64,000 bases of DNA from Bilabrum cf. latius (GCA_965178125.1 OZ237755.1:124001-188000), one strand, 5' to 3'. Shown: positions 36,979 to 51,043, numbered from the stretch's first letter. Made by a program: numbers and translations. Notes: generated by a model from the sequence alone, not told the origin.

Positions 36979-39900
36979 TTAGTACAAGTCCAAAGACGCC
37001 GTGTTGAACAGTGGGCTCTGACCAATGCTCTCTCGAGCCGCTTTGCCCTCCGCTTCACTCTCCTCACGCCCGCTGCCGCTCCGCGCAGAACGCGCCGCGG
37101 CCGGCACCGGGACAGCAGAGCTGGTTGCGGCGCCATCCCCCGAGACCTTGCTCTGCTGGCCACCGAGCCCTTCCCGTCCCACCCCTGCGTCGCTCGACCC
37201 CGAGGACTCGCCGCTGTCCGCCCGCCCTCGAGCAGCTTCCGATACAGCCGCCAGCGACGCGTCTCCCACTAAACTCGGAGACCCAGACTCTTCTCGCGCC
37301 AGCCGTGCCGAACCTCCCGAAGCAGCTGGGGAGCCGGGCCCATCGCTCCCCTCCCTCGCCCTCCGCTGCGAAGCGTCCGCAACGGCCACCACCGGCGAGA
37401 GCCCATCAAGTGCGGGCGACAAGGCCCCGGAGCTCCTGCGCCTCGCCGCCGAAGGATGACCCTTGCCCGCAGATGATGACGACCCACGCGCAGCAGAGGG
37501 TCTCCGGCGCTGCGTTCCAGTGGCTACCCCGGCGCTGCTGCCACCGCCCGCCGATCCCGATCCCTATCCTGCCCCTCCTGCTCCCGGCGTGGTTCCTATG
37601 CCTGCGGTGGCGTCGCTTCGACTCCCCGTGCTCTTGTAGCTGGCCCTGGATGCAGCTGACGCGGCCCTGTGCTGCCTCCTCTCCGCCCGCATCTTGGCGG
37701 CCTCCTGCGTCGCCCTCTCGATCTCCCGCGCGGCCCTCAGCCCGTCAAGCCTGCTCCTGCTGAAGAACTCGCCCCCCGCGCAGAACCCCACCATCCGGGC
37801 CATGCGCGCCTGCACCCGCTGCTCCTCGCCCACGGCCGACCCTCCCGCCCCACCCCCTTCCATTGCCTCCAGCTGCTCGTCCATGTCAACAGCCTCTTTC
37901 TGCCTCTCCTGAGGGGACATGTACCGCGCCCCCAGCGCCTGGCTAGCCGCCCTCATCTTAAGCTCACCCTCTGACGCGGCCCGTGCCCTCTCAGCCGCCT
38001 CCAAAGCCAGGTCCAGAGCTGCTTCCAGCTCGAGTCGGGTGGGACTAGGCCACGATCGTACGGCTATACGGCTCTCTGCCCGCTGCCGCGCGGGAGGCAG
38101 CAGCGCCGCCTCGACTTCCGCTGCCTGCTGCCCGCCCGGTGTGTCCAGGAGCACGGACAGCACTGCATCGCCGGGCAGAGAGGTCCGGGCCATGCGCAGC
38201 GCTGCCGCCACCACGGGCTTGAAGTCGGGCAGCACCAGAGCAGGCCCCAGCTGCCCGTGCTGGCCCGCGTGGTGCAAGAGTCCGGCCAGCGCAAGCGTCT
38301 CGGCCCGCAGGCCAGCGACCCGCACGGCTGCCAGTAGGCGCCCGCCCAGGAAGGCGCATCCCGCCCGACTCAGGTGCACCTGCCTGCGGCTAGGCGCGGG
38401 GTCCCGCAAGGATGCGATGGCCTGCAGCAGCTTGCGGACGATCTTCGCGTGGCTCCCGAACACGGCCACGTGAGCCGCGCACGACAGGTCAAAGGCAGTC
38501 TCTCCCAGCAGGTCCCGCATGGCCGAAGGGTCCTGCCCAGCGCCGTCATCTGCCTGCAGCACGCCGCGGGCATGTGCCACTGCCGCCCGGACCCTCTCCA
38601 CACAGCAACGCGCCGCTGCCCTAGGCTGCCCTGCGGCCCAAGCTAGCCTCCCCGCGAGCCCCAGGACCACGGCTGCCGCTGCTGGATTGCTTCTGCCCAC
38701 ATGACCCGCCTGCTTGCACAGCACGGCCATGGCCGCATCCAGCGCCTTGCTATTGTCGGCTGCTGGTCCCGCCGCCTGCTGCCGGCTCTCATCGCCCCGC
38801 ACCAGCCCCTGGGCTGTGGCTGGCATCCACCCGGGTCCCAGCGGGGGCAGCGCCATCGAAGTGGCTGGGTCCAGCACGCGCTCCAGGGCAGCCGCGGCCC
38901 AGGGGCCCGCACGCCGTGTGCTGTGGCTCGTGTCCAGCCGCACGGGTGCATCCACTCCGACCCCACCTACACCTCGTCGTGACCGCCCGTTCCCAGAGCC
39001 TGGGGCGGATCCAGCCCCGCCGTCAGTCATGGTTTCTGGGGCAGCGCCAGACTCCCCCCCGGCCTCCTCTGCGCTCAGGCAAGCGGGTCCGGATCGCACC
39101 CACTGCAGAGGATCGAAGCAGGCACTGCTGTGGCCAAACACGCCGTCTCGCTCCTCTAGCTCCCTCAGCATCGCCTGCGAATCTCTCCGGTCCTGCGCCT
39201 CCCGCTCCGCTCGCAGCCGGGCCTCTGCATCTTCTTGCGACTCCTTCCGCTCACCAGACGCATCCGCTCTGTTTCCATCCTCGTCCTCGTGGTCGTGCCA
39301 CTCGAGGCCACCGGCCTGCGCTGCCATCCGTCGTCTCTTCTCGCGAACCTTTCTCTCGGCCTCTGCGCGCCTCGCCATGTCCTTCACTCGCTGCCGGTTG
39401 ATCCGCTCTAACTTCTTGAGGCTGGACTCTAGCCGCCCATCCAGCCTCCGCCGGAAGTGGAACCGATCGTCAAACCCATCCCGCGCCTCCTCAGGGTCGC
39501 TGTCCTCGTCGTCAGAGTCCTCTTCCGACTCCGAGTCGGTGCAGCCCCCTTCCGCTACCACGCTGTTGCTACCACTCCCGGCGGACCGGCCGTGCCGCCG
39601 CCCTTTGCGGGAAGACCCTCGACTGGACCTTGAATGGGTCCTCGCCCGAGCTCCCGACGAGCTGCCACCACCGCTTCCCGCACCCGATGCGGCCGCCAGC
39701 CCGCCTGCAGGGGCGTCCCCTGATATTCCTATGAAGGTCCAGATCCTCTCACGGCGGGTCCACGTGAATCGCTTGTGCCCCGCTGCCACGAGGTGGGGCA
39801 TACGCGAAGCCAGACCGGCCCACTCCCCCTCCGCCGAGTGCATCGCATGGTGATGTCCCCCGGAGCCCCCGCCGCTGTCCACCCCATGCAGCACATGCAG

Positions 39901-42900
39901 CACCCCGGCCAGCCCAGAGGCAGTCATGGGGCCCAGCACCTGACCCATCCCGTCCGGGTGACCGCCCCGTTCTGCCGCCGCTCCGCCCTCCTCGTCCAAC
40001 CGGTGGCGCTCCTTCGACCCCTTCTTCACCGAAGATGCGCTGCCAGAAGTGCTACCGTGTGCATTCGCCACATCGACCGCGGCTCGGATGCACAGGGCAG
40101 CAGATGCCCACAGACCGACCATGCCGCCCTCGCCTTCCATCTGACGCCTGGCCTTCTTTCCAGGCACCAGCAGGCCGGGCACGAGCGCACCGAGTCCCTC
40201 CGATAGCATGCCGCAGTCGGTCCCGCACTCAAGCAACAGGTCCCTCGTGGCCTCAAGCACGGAGGAGCCGGCCCCGCCGCAGGCGATGCACGCGGCCAGC
40301 CGGCCCAGCCCGCCTCCGATCCTTGCCACCACTGACCCAGCCATGGTCTCCCCGGTCCCCATCCCCCGATCCGAGCCCCTCTCGCCCACGCTCCTCGCTG
40401 CTACCACCAGGAGACACTGCAGTAGCGGGTGCACTCGGCGCTTCCACGCCTCCCGCAAGACAAGTCGCGCCAGTTGCGCGCGGAACCGAAGCAGCTCCCC
40501 ATCGCTGGCGCGGCGCAGTGCCTCCACGGTGCTTGAGGCACCTGGCATCTGCGCCTCGGCAGCACCAGGGCTCCACCGCACCCGGGCAAAGTCCACCATC
40601 GCCCGGTCTATGCCTCGCAAAACCTGCCCGCACACCTGCATCAGCACGAAGAATGCTCCTTCGCCGGACAGGCCCCCCAGCTCGCGCTCAAGCCCGCCTT
40701 GGACCGCACCGAGGACTGCATCGACAGAGGCGCGAGCGCTTCGAATTGCTTGTGCGTGCTGCCCTTGCGCGCGCTTGAGTGCGGCAGCCGCGCGGCGTAC
40801 AGCGGCCGTCGCCCCGCCCGCTCTGGTCCTCTGGCTCTGCCCGCCCCAGCCCCGCGCCTGTCCGCTGCCAGGCTCGCCTCCATGCATCTCACCCAGCACC
40901 CTCTGTACCGAGTCGGCCACGCCGGCCTTGAGCTCTTTCACTAGCGGCTGGCAGCTGCTTAGCACCGACGCTGCGCGGGGCGCGTGCCACCCGCAGCCAT
41001 GCGCACAGCTCGCCAAGTAGCCGAGCGTGCCGCATGCAGCACCGACTTCGTCTGCTAGTACGGAGGGGTGCTGCAGCTAGCTGGATGCGGCTAGGCATGC
41101 GTGCACTGTGCCCAGGGACTCCTTGAGTAGCCGGTCGAAATCAACCGCAACCGCCCAGCGGGCGCACACTTTGGCGATGGGCTGCTACAGCTGCTCGGGG
41201 TCCAGTGCCCCCGAGCCTGGAGCGGGACCTTGCCCCCAGTCGGAGTCGGATCCAGAAGAGGCCGCAAGCATGCCGCTGAGCAGCACCGTCACGAGCTATG
41301 ACACACCAGATACACTTGCAGACCTCTCCTAGCCCGCAGCGTCTTGGGCTAACCGTTCTTTGTCGGCTCGCTGGCGTCGCAGGGCGACCTACATGCTGAC
41401 GGCCGGGCTCTCCCCCGCCCCGCCGCCCTCGACCAGCAGCGTCTTGCGCCCTGCAAGCCGGGGATTGAACGACATCGCCCAATCCAGACCCGCCCCGCGC
41501 CACACAGGACCATCAGCGGGAGAAGGCGCGCTTTCTGCGGCATCGCACCCACCTTGCTCGCCAGAGCCAGTGCCATCTCGCGTTCCGGCGGCAATCGTCC
41601 ACCACAGAGCCCCACACCCCATTCGGGCTGCTTGCCGTGCGAACGCCGCTGCAGACGCAAACTGCGCCTCATTCGGCCACATCGGCTGCTAGCTCACAGG
41701 CGCACGCGGCAAAACAGTCGCCCCTTTCGGCCACTGCAGCATTGGTGGGATGCCCAGTGCCCTCCTTGCTGCCTGGCGAGCCTGCCGTACCCGCTCTTTC
41801 TGCGCCCGCACGAGGCCATCACCATCCTGCACTCCCCCGGCGGCACCCGTCCCAACTGTGATGCCCTGCACGAACGAACTACCCAGTCCCTGCAGCGCGG
41901 ACGAAAAGCGTCGCACGCCTACCACTGCGCTTGAGGTAATCTCTGAAATGTTTCGAGTCGGGGATGGCGCGTCTGTGGGTGGTGATGCCGCGCCTGCAAG
42001 CACTGCCGAATCTTCTCGGGGCCTAGTGCTGCTGCCATTTGCAGACGTGGACACTCCACCAGCAGCTGCCGACGCAGGCTGGAACCCGACTTTGCCCTCT
42101 TCAGTAGTCGCATCAGGGCGCAGGCTGTTAGCCGCAAGCATGCCTGTCCCGTCGCCTTGCCGAGATGAGGTTAGCTCTCGCAACTGCCTAGCTGTGCCCT
42201 GTAGAATGCCCTGTCTCTGTTGCTCCAGCCAGCCACTTACGCCACTGGCGCGTTGCTGTGATCGCGACCCCTCGTCCCCTTGATCTACTGCTTGAAGAGC
42301 ATCGCCCGCAACAGGGCCGTCCATTTGCAAAAGTAGCGCTGCCTCGCAGTCTGCAGGCGGCAGCTCCAGCTGGGTGCCAACAGCTGCAGCTGTGAGCGCC
42401 TTGGCGGCTCTATGGCTATCGCTGGACTGCTGCCCCCGGCGCTCATCCGCACTTGGCTGGCCAGTCACGAGCGCATTCGTCTGCATTGACAGCCGGCGGA
42501 ATCCGGTCTAGAACATATTGCCAATCTATGCAAAACCTGCTGCGGGTCCAGACGACGCAGAATCTGGCGCCCTTCTTGGCTCATCTCGTGGCAGCGGCTG
42601 AGACTTCGTGCCCGTGGGGTGGTCGGCGCGCTCAGGTGCCAGGCTGGAATGTGCAGCGGGAAGCGCGGCACTGGCCTCTGCTTGCTAATGGGCCCGCTGA
42701 ATGATGTCCTCAAGTTGCAAGGACGCAGAAGTAGCTGCAGCCGTATCCCTGGCACTAGCTTCGTCCAGATCCTCCTCAATCGTGAAAGAAAAATCACCAC
42801 CTGCCGCCAAATCTTGCAGCCTGACCACCACTGGCGTGGTGGCTGGTTGAGCTGACTTAGGAGTACCTGGCCCGGATCCTCTCCGTGCCAGAGTGGGCGA

Positions 42901-45900
42901 CGGCCCGGCCTCTTCTACTGCCGCCGGGACGGAGATCCCGCTGGGTGCCTTCGGGACCTTGGGCGCCCGAGTGGCAGCATCAGCTGCAGCTGGGTTGCCC
43001 ATGCCGTCGCCAGCAGGGGCAGGGACAGGGGCAGCTACAAAAGGGCTACCATGGCCCTTGCCCTCCTCACCCTCATCCTCTACCCCATCCACTAGATCCA
43101 TGGCACTCTTGCGACGATAGCTACTGCGCTTTCGAGACCTGCTTACCCTCTCACGGCGAAGCTTAGCTTGCTCGGCCTTCAGACGGGCCTGCTCCCGCGC
43201 CTCCTGCTCGGCCTTCACACGGGCCTGCTCCCGCGCCTCCTGCTCGGCCTTCACACGGGCCTGTTCCCGCGCCTCCTGCTCGGCCTTCACACGGGCCTGC
43301 TCCCGCGCCTCCTGCTCGGCCTTCACACGGGCCTGCTCCCGCGCCTCCTGCTCGGCCTTCACACGGGCCTGCTCCCGCGCCTCCTGCTCGGCCTTCACAC
43401 GGGCCTGCTCCCGCGCCTCCTGCTCGGCCTTCACACGGGCCTGCTCCCGCGCCTCCTGCTCGGCCTTCAGACGGGCCTGCTCCCGCGCCTCCTGCTCGGC
43501 CTTCACACGGGCCTGCTCCCGCGCCTCCTGCTCGGCCTTCACACGGGCCTGCTCCCGCGCCTCCTGCTCGGCCTTCAGACGGGCCTGCTCCCGCGCCTCC
43601 TGCTCGGCCTTCAGGCAGGCCTGCTCCCGCGCCTCCTAAATACGCCGAACAGATTCGCGCGCGAGCTTTCCTCTAACCACTCGCTGCAATTCGATCGCAC
43701 CACGTGTTTGAGCTTCAAGTCGCCTCTCGGCAGCTTCTGCTTGCTGCTACCGAAGGGCCAAATGCAGACTCTGGCGATCCTCTCGGGTCCGCCAGAGAGC
43801 CTGGAGCGACACCGCCAGTCGCGATAAACGCTCAAACAGCGCGCGCGCCTCTTCATCGTCTTCGTCGTCTGAATCTGAATCTGAGTCTGAGTCTGAGTCT
43901 GAATCACTGTCGCTGTTGGTGTCGGTGTCAGTGTCCTTGTCGGTGTCGGTGTCACTACCGCTGCTTCTTCCATCGTCCGAACCAGACCCTGAACCAGATG
44001 TTGACCTATCCGTTGCATCATCGTCAGAGCTATGATCCACACCGTCATCATTCGTCGATCCTATAGGTTCTGCCAATGCCTCAGGAGGCTTAGCAGGCTA
44101 ATCTACTTCAGCACTAGCACTTTTCACTGTTGCTATGCTGCCTCCATCCTCTCCTGTACCCTGCTCATCCTCATCAGACGAATCATGAGAGGACTCCTCT
44201 GAACTATCGCTATCCGAATCATCATCGAAAGATTCTTCATCTGAGGAGCTGGGCACCTCCACAATGTCAGTCGACGCTGAACCAACAACTGCAGTCCCGT
44301 GCACATTTTCACCAGCTCCGCACTAGTTTTCAGCGAATTGTTCACGCTTCGCCTTGGCCGCTGCCTCCGCCGCCGCACGCTCACGCTCAGATGCACACCG
44401 ACGCCGAGCCAGCATGCCGCGACTCACACGCTGCACTGCCACCGCCGCGTCACGCTCACGCTTCGCCTTGGCCGCTGCCTCCGCCGCCGCACGCTCACGC
44501 TCAGATGCACACCGACGCCGAGCCAGCATGCCGCGACTCACACGCTGCACTGCCACCGCCGCGTCACGCTCACGCTTCGACTTGGCCGCTGCCTCCGCCG
44601 CCGCACGCTCACGCTCAGATGCACACCGACGCCGAGCCAGCATGCCGCGACTCACACGCTGCACTGCCACCGCCGCGTCACGCTCACGCTTCGCCTTGGC
44701 CGCTGCCTCCGCCGCCGCACGCTCACGCTCAGATGCACACCGACGCCGAGCCAGCATGCCGCGACTCACACGCTGCACTGCCACCGCCGCGTCACGCTCA
44801 CGCTTCGCCTTGGCCGCTGCCTCCGCCGCCGCACGCTCACGCTCAGATGCACACCGACGCCGAGCCAGCATGCCGCGACTCACACGCTGCACTGCCACCG
44901 CCGCGTCACGCTCACGCTTCGCCTTGGCCGCTGCCTCCGCCGCCGCACGCTCACGCTCAGATGCACACCGACGCCGAGCCAGCATGCCGCGACTCACACG
45001 CTGCACTGCCACCGCCGCGTCACGCTCACGCTTCGCCTTGGCCGCTGCCTCCGCCGCCGCACGCTCACGCTCAGATGCACACCGACGCCGAGCCAGCATG
45101 CCGCGACTCACACGCTGCACTGCCACCGCCGCGTCACGCTCACGCTTCGCCTTGGCCGCTGCCTCCGCCGCCGCACGCTCACGCTCAGATGCACACCGAC
45201 GCCGAGCCAGCATGCCGCGACTCACACGCTGCACTGCCACCGCCGCGTCACGCTCACGCTTCGCCTTGGCCGCTGCCTCCGCCGCCGCACGCTCACGCTC
45301 AGATGCACACCGACGCCGAGCCAGCATGCCGCGACTCACACGCTGCACTGCCACCGCCGCGTCACGCTCACGCTTCGCCTTGGCCGCTGCCTCCGCCGCC
45401 GCACGCTCACGCTCAGATGCACACCGACGCCGAGCCAGCATGCCGCGACTCACACGCTGCACTGCCACCGCCGCGTCACGCTCACGCTTCGCCTTGGCCG
45501 CTGCCTCCGCCGCCGCACGCTCGCGCTCAGATGCACACCGACGCCGAGCCAGCATGCCGCGACTCACACGCTGCACTGCCACCGCCGCGTCACGCTCACG
45601 CTTCGCCTTGGCCGCTGCCTCCGCCGCCGCACGCTCACGCTCAGATGCACACCGACGCCGAGCCAGCATGCCGCGACTCACACGCTGCACTGCCACCGCC
45701 GCGTCACGCTCACGCTTCGACTTGGCCGCTGCCTCCGCCGCCGCACGCTCGCGCTCAGATGCACACCGACGCCGAGCCAGCATGCCGCGACTCACACGCT
45801 GCACTGCCACCGCCGCGTCACGCTCACGCTTCGCCTTGGCCGCTGCCTCCGCCGCCGCACGCTCACGCTCAGATGCACACCGACGCCGAGCCAGCATGCC

Positions 45901-48900
45901 GCGACTCACACGCTGCACTGCCACCGCCGCGTCACGCTCACGCTTCGCCTTGGCCGCTGCCTCCGCCGCCGCACGCTCGCGCTCAGATGCACACCGACGC
46001 CGAGCCAGCATGCCGCGACTCACACGCTGCACTGCCACCGCCGCGTCACGCTCACGCTTCGCCTTGGCCGCTGCCTCCGCCGCCGCACGCTCACGCTCAG
46101 ATGCACACCGACGCCGAGCCAGCATGCCGCGACTCACACGCTGCACTGCCACCGCCGCGTCACGCTCACGCTTCGCCTTGGCCGCTGCCTCCGCCGCCGC
46201 ACGCTCGCGCTCAGATGCACACCGACGCCGAGCCAGCATGCCGCGACTCACACGCTGCACTGCCACCGCCGCGTCACGCTCACGCTTCGCCTTGGCCGCT
46301 GCCTCCGCCGCCGCACGCTCACGCTCAGATGCACACCGACGCCGAGCCAGCATGCCGCGACTCACACGCTGCACTGCCACCGCCGCGTCACGCTCACGCT
46401 TCGCCTTGGCCGCTGCCTCCGCCGCCGCACGCTCACGCTCAGATGCACACCGACGCCGAGCCAGCATGCCGCGACTCACACGCTGCACTGCCACCGCCGC
46501 GTCACGCTCACGCTTCGCCTTGGCCGCTGCCTCCGCCGCCGCACGCTCACGCTCAGATGCACACCGACGCCGAGCCAGCATGCCGCGACTCACACGCTGC
46601 ACTGCCACCGCCGCGTCACGCTCACGCTTCGCCTTGGCCGCTGCCTCCGCCGCCGCACGCTCACGCTCAGATGCACACCGACGCCGAGCCAGCATGCCGC
46701 GACTCACACGCTGCACTGCCACCGCCGCGTCACGCTCACGCTTCGCCTTGGCCGCTGCCTCCGCCGCCGCACGCTCACGCTCAGATGCACACCGACGCCG
46801 AGCCAGCATGCCGCGACTCACACGCTGCACTGCCACCGCCGCGTCACGCTCACGCTTCGCCTTGGCCGCTGCCTCCGCCGCCGCACGCTCGCGCTCAGAT
46901 GCACACCGACGCCGAGCCAGCATGCCGCGACTCACACGCTGCACTGCCACCGCCGCGTCACGCTCACGCTTCGCCTTGGCCGCTGCCTCCGCCGCCGCAC
47001 GCTCGCGCTCAGATGCACACCGACGCCGAGCCAGCATGCCGCGACTCACACGCTGCACTGCCACCGCCGCGTCACGCTCACGCTTCGCCTTGGCCGCTGC
47101 CTCCGCCGCCGCACGCTCGCGCTCAGATGCACACCGACGCCGAGCCAGCATGCCGCGACTCACACGCTGCACTGCCACCGCCGCGTCACGCTCACGCTTC
47201 GCCTTGGCCGCTGCCTCCGCCGCCGCACGCTCACGCTCAGATGCACACCGACGCCGAGCCAGCATGCCGCGACTCACACGCTGCACTGCCACCGCCGCGT
47301 CACGCTCACGCTTCGCCTTGGCCGCTGCCTCCGCCGCCGCACGCTCGCGCTCAGATGCACACCGACGCCGAGCCAGCATGCCGCGACTCACACGCTGCAC
47401 TGCCACCGCCGCGTCACGCTCACGCTTCGCCTTGGCCGCTGCCTCCGCCGCCGCACGCTCACGCTCAGATGCACACCGACGCCGAGCCAGCATGCCGCGA
47501 CTCACACGCTGCACTGCCACCGCCGCGTCACGCTCACGCTTCGCCTTGGCCGCTGCCTCCGCCGCCGCACGCTCACGCTCAGATGCACACCGACGCCGAG
47601 CCAGCATGCCGCGACTCATACGCTGCACTGCCACCGCCGCGTCACGCTCACGCTTCGCCTTGGCCGCTGCCTCCGCCGCCGCACGCTCACGCTCAGATGC
47701 ACACCGACGCCGAGCCAGCATGCCGCGACTCACGCGCTGCACTGCCACCGCCGCGTCACGCTCACGCTTCGCCTTGGCCGCTGCCTCCGCCGCCGCACGC
47801 TCACGCTCAGATGCACACCGACGTCTGGCTTGTCGACCTCTCCACCTTGCCTGCGTCCAGTGTGCTACCTTTACGAGTTGCTAGTATATTATGGCTTCCT
47901 CGTCGTCGCTCTCATCAGTGTCACTGTCTGAATCAGATGCGGAATCACTGTCAGTATCAGTGGTGCTTTTGCTGGTGTCAGCATCCGAAATACTCCCAGC
48001 TGACTCCCTGTGAGCGCCTTCACTTGCCTCGCCAGACTGTTCTGGGGTTATGATGGCCTCCTTTCTCTCGATGCCTTCTTCATGTAACCCATCGGCACTG
48101 GCCTCCTTGCCAGAGCCGTCCGCCTCCTTGTCAGAGCTGTCTGCCTACTTGCCAGAAGCACCTGCCTCCTTATCATCTCTCAAAGGTAGCTAGTTGGCTC
48201 CTGCTGTCTCCGTCGCTGCAAGCCCGCTCTTTCTCGACGACATTGCCCTGCTCAGGAGACGAGGGGTGGCCCACGATGGGAAGTATGACGGAAGAAGCAG
48301 GCCTCCTTCGGCTAGTGCGAGGCATCGGTGGTGAACCTGCTGCCACGGGAGTTGCGCAACGCGAGACACGCGCGGGGGCGCCCTGGGCTCGCCGTGAAGC
48401 ACGAATGCGACACCACCACCAAGAGCACCAGCCGCCTCTTGCACGGCTTGCGATCCATGGTGCGCTCCTGCCTGCACGCAGAATGCCAACGCCGGAGAGG
48501 GTGTAAGTGCCACGTCACGAATGACCCCTAGATCGGCATGCCACTGCAGCACGCCCGCTGCCTCCACACGTGAGGGCCTGGGGTCCAGCAGGTGAATGGC
48601 CGTGCTACTGTGAGCAAATAAGAGACTCTCGCACGCCGAGGAAGCGTCGTCCATGATCCCGCCGCCAGCAGGCACCTCGTCTGGGTCACCGAATTCCTCT
48701 GATGAGACGGTATCACCATCCGAAGAGGACGAATCCGACCCGCTGCCACTGTCGCTGCCACTGTCTGAATCGCTGTCCGAGTCGCTGCTGCCGTCCTCAA
48801 CCCCGGTCCAAGCCCGGGAGTCCACGTCCCGCAGAGGCTTGGCGAGCGTGATGCATTCCACCAAGCCGAGCTCGTGCTTGACCTCCTCGGCCCCCGAGGC

Positions 48901-50868
48901 CCCGCCAGCCCCCTCCAGCACGGTGCCGTCCTCAGCCAGCCACCCGGCAGCGCGTCCCCTAGGCTTGTAGCGGAGAGTGGAGACTACCTGGCCGGTAGCA
49001 GCAGAGGCCAGCCATACCGCTCGCTGGGGCCTGGCTGCAAGGATTCCCGCCTGTGCTTGCCTCGCTGCAGCGGACCCTGACGAAGTGCCAGCAGCGGCGC
49101 TGGCCTGCGCTGCGGCTGCCCTATGCGAGTCGCTGTCGCTGCCCTGAGTGGTCGCGATGGTCGCAGCCAATGCAGCCTCTGCTTCTGGGGGTGCGAAGCA
49201 CGCGCCTGCCACCACGTTGCGCGGGCGCTTCCCGACCGGCACCGGCTTCACCTAAGCCGCAAGGCTCAAACCACCGGCACTCCTGCTCTCCTGCTCGCTA
49301 CCTGCACCTTCTGTGCCACTGCCAGCCCCAGTCCTGCCAGTCAGTGACGCAAACATACCGACAACGGCTCCCGCCGCGCTAGATGACCGCCTCAGACCCG
49401 CGCCCTAGGCGTCCTTGCCAGCGCCCTACGACCCCGAGTCAGTGGGGGCGGGCCTGCCCAGCTGCACCCTGAGCACCACGGTCCTGGCAGCAGTAGACAC
49501 AAGCACAGCCACGCGCTGGGGCCGTCTCCGGAGAGCGGACGAGCGTGCCTGTGCAGGCGTCACGCTCATGCGTCCAGACGGACCTGGTGCAGGTGCTGGA
49601 GCCAGCGTGCCTGCCTCGCTCCCGGCCCGAGAGGACCGTGAGGAGGAGGGTCCTGCGCTGCGGTCTGCTGCTTGATCTTTGCCTGATCCAGTGGTATCCA
49701 GCATGGCCGCTAGGTGGGCCGTCTGCGCGCCCAAAAAGGGAAGCACTGCCTGCGATACCGTGCCCTTGCGCATCATGCTGGACTCGGAAGCTACCACGCG
49801 CCGGCGATGCCAGGCCTGCAGCTGCACCACGGAGGCCTGAGACTCGTCCTGGTACAGCACCCGAGACGCTGCCCTCCCCATGGGCTGCACGGGGGGCGGC
49901 GGACCCCCGGGGGCACCTGCGGGTGCCAGAGGCCCGTCTGCAAGCCTGCCTCCTCCTGCGCCCCCTGCTGCTGCACCGCTCCCGGGGCCCGCAGTGGGGC
50001 CCGAGCCCGCGCCCGCTGCCTCTGGACCCGACACACTGCCGCTGACAAGCCTAGAAAAACCGGAAGCGAGCGCCGAGAAACCGGCAGCGGCGCCTTTCAC
50101 TGCCTGGGCTGCTGCTTGGGATGCCGCGCCGGAGGCGCCAGCTTCAGGCGGCACTTCCTCCAGTGCTGACAGGTCGCTGGCGCACACGCGTCCAGTGGCA
50201 TCCCCAGAAAATACGGCGTCGGAATTAGGGCTCCACTCGAGAGTGCGCACCACCGCGCCCTGCGAAGACGAGCGGAGGAAGGTCGGGATCGGCAACAGCA
50301 TGCCACGGGAAAGATATAGAAGGGGCTGCGCCGCAAATAGAGCCGGCCGACCACCTTACTCTGTGTCTGGCGCATTCTACTACCGAATAATCTCCACAAA
50401 TGGACATATGCTGACGTGACGGAATCGCAACGACGTACACGCCGCCTTGGCCGTCAGACGCAGCGACCATGAGCTCATTCGGGGCAAGCGATACCGCTCT
50501 GATCCCTTCCTTGGATCCTAGTACATGAATTGTGCAGCGTAATTTCACTCCAGACGAAACACTTGGTGTCGCCTGGCTGGGCACAGCCTGCTTGGCCTGC
50601 GACACAGCAACAGCAGCTGCTGCGCAGTCCATTCTGTCGTAAACGAATATCATACCTGATGTGCTTCTGCGACATATAGATAGAATACTTATGCTTGCCG
50701 AGAGGCTTATTATGCTACAGTGAGTTGCTAGCAGGAATCGAGACCCAAGGATCAGGTATCTTACCCGCAAACAAGCAAGCTGGGACCGGCATCAAGGCAT
50801 GTCACAATGGCAGTTCCAGCGTGCACAGGTAGTTCCTATCTGAATAAACACGATTCAGGGATTGCCAT
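36979..50868 (-). CDS. giant (~4,560 aa) protein: HPS5/TECPR2-like N-terminal beta-propeller, acidic tracts, IQ-motif array, charged helical repeat, unknown C-terminal half; exons 50868-50765, 50666-50360, 50259-36979
   Basis: Motifs VTCLDAGPSLLVCGSTSGMIFVYDR, HRGAVVRTLEWSPNSDAVFSGDATGRV, SVVQL..LVSTAART, VGKRPRNVVAGACF and AARPQRAVWLA resemble the HPS5/TECPR2 propeller. The last exon is one 13.3-kb frame broken only by about 20 TAGs and ends TAA at 36979-36981. Confidence 0.75.
43166..43638. repeat. 36-bp coding tandem repeat, about 13 copies (KAEQEAREQAR[V/L] on minus strand)
   Basis: Unit gcctgctcccgcgcctcctgctcggccttcacacgg is repeated nearly perfectly. Confidence 0.95.
44341..47823. repeat. 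114-bp coding tandem repeat, about 30.5 copies, encoding 38-aa IQ-motif units on minus strand
   Basis: Near-identical 114-bp units translating to DAAVAVQRVSRGMLARRRCASERERAAAEAAAKAKRER. No unique spacers. Confidence 0.97.
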
Positions 50869-51043
50869 TGCAATGGAATTGCCCGGAAGGGGCGTAGAAT
50901 GGGTGATTCGTCTGTATGCGTGCGTAGGTTCCGCAATTCGCTTGGCGCCGTGCGCGGCGACGCATTGCCTGATGAGGCTCGAGGCCGGGCAAACAGACAA
51001 TGATAGATCGAGTCGAATGCTGACTTTCATGATATCTATCCAA

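Noticed and set aside
44130-48053. Three long plus-strand ORFs (1,176-1,307 aa) over the repeat array; possible CRISPR array
   Set aside because: The open frames result from a stop-free 114-bp unit. Only the minus frame is continuous with flanking coding sequence and yields IQ motifs. There are no unique spacers and no cas genes.
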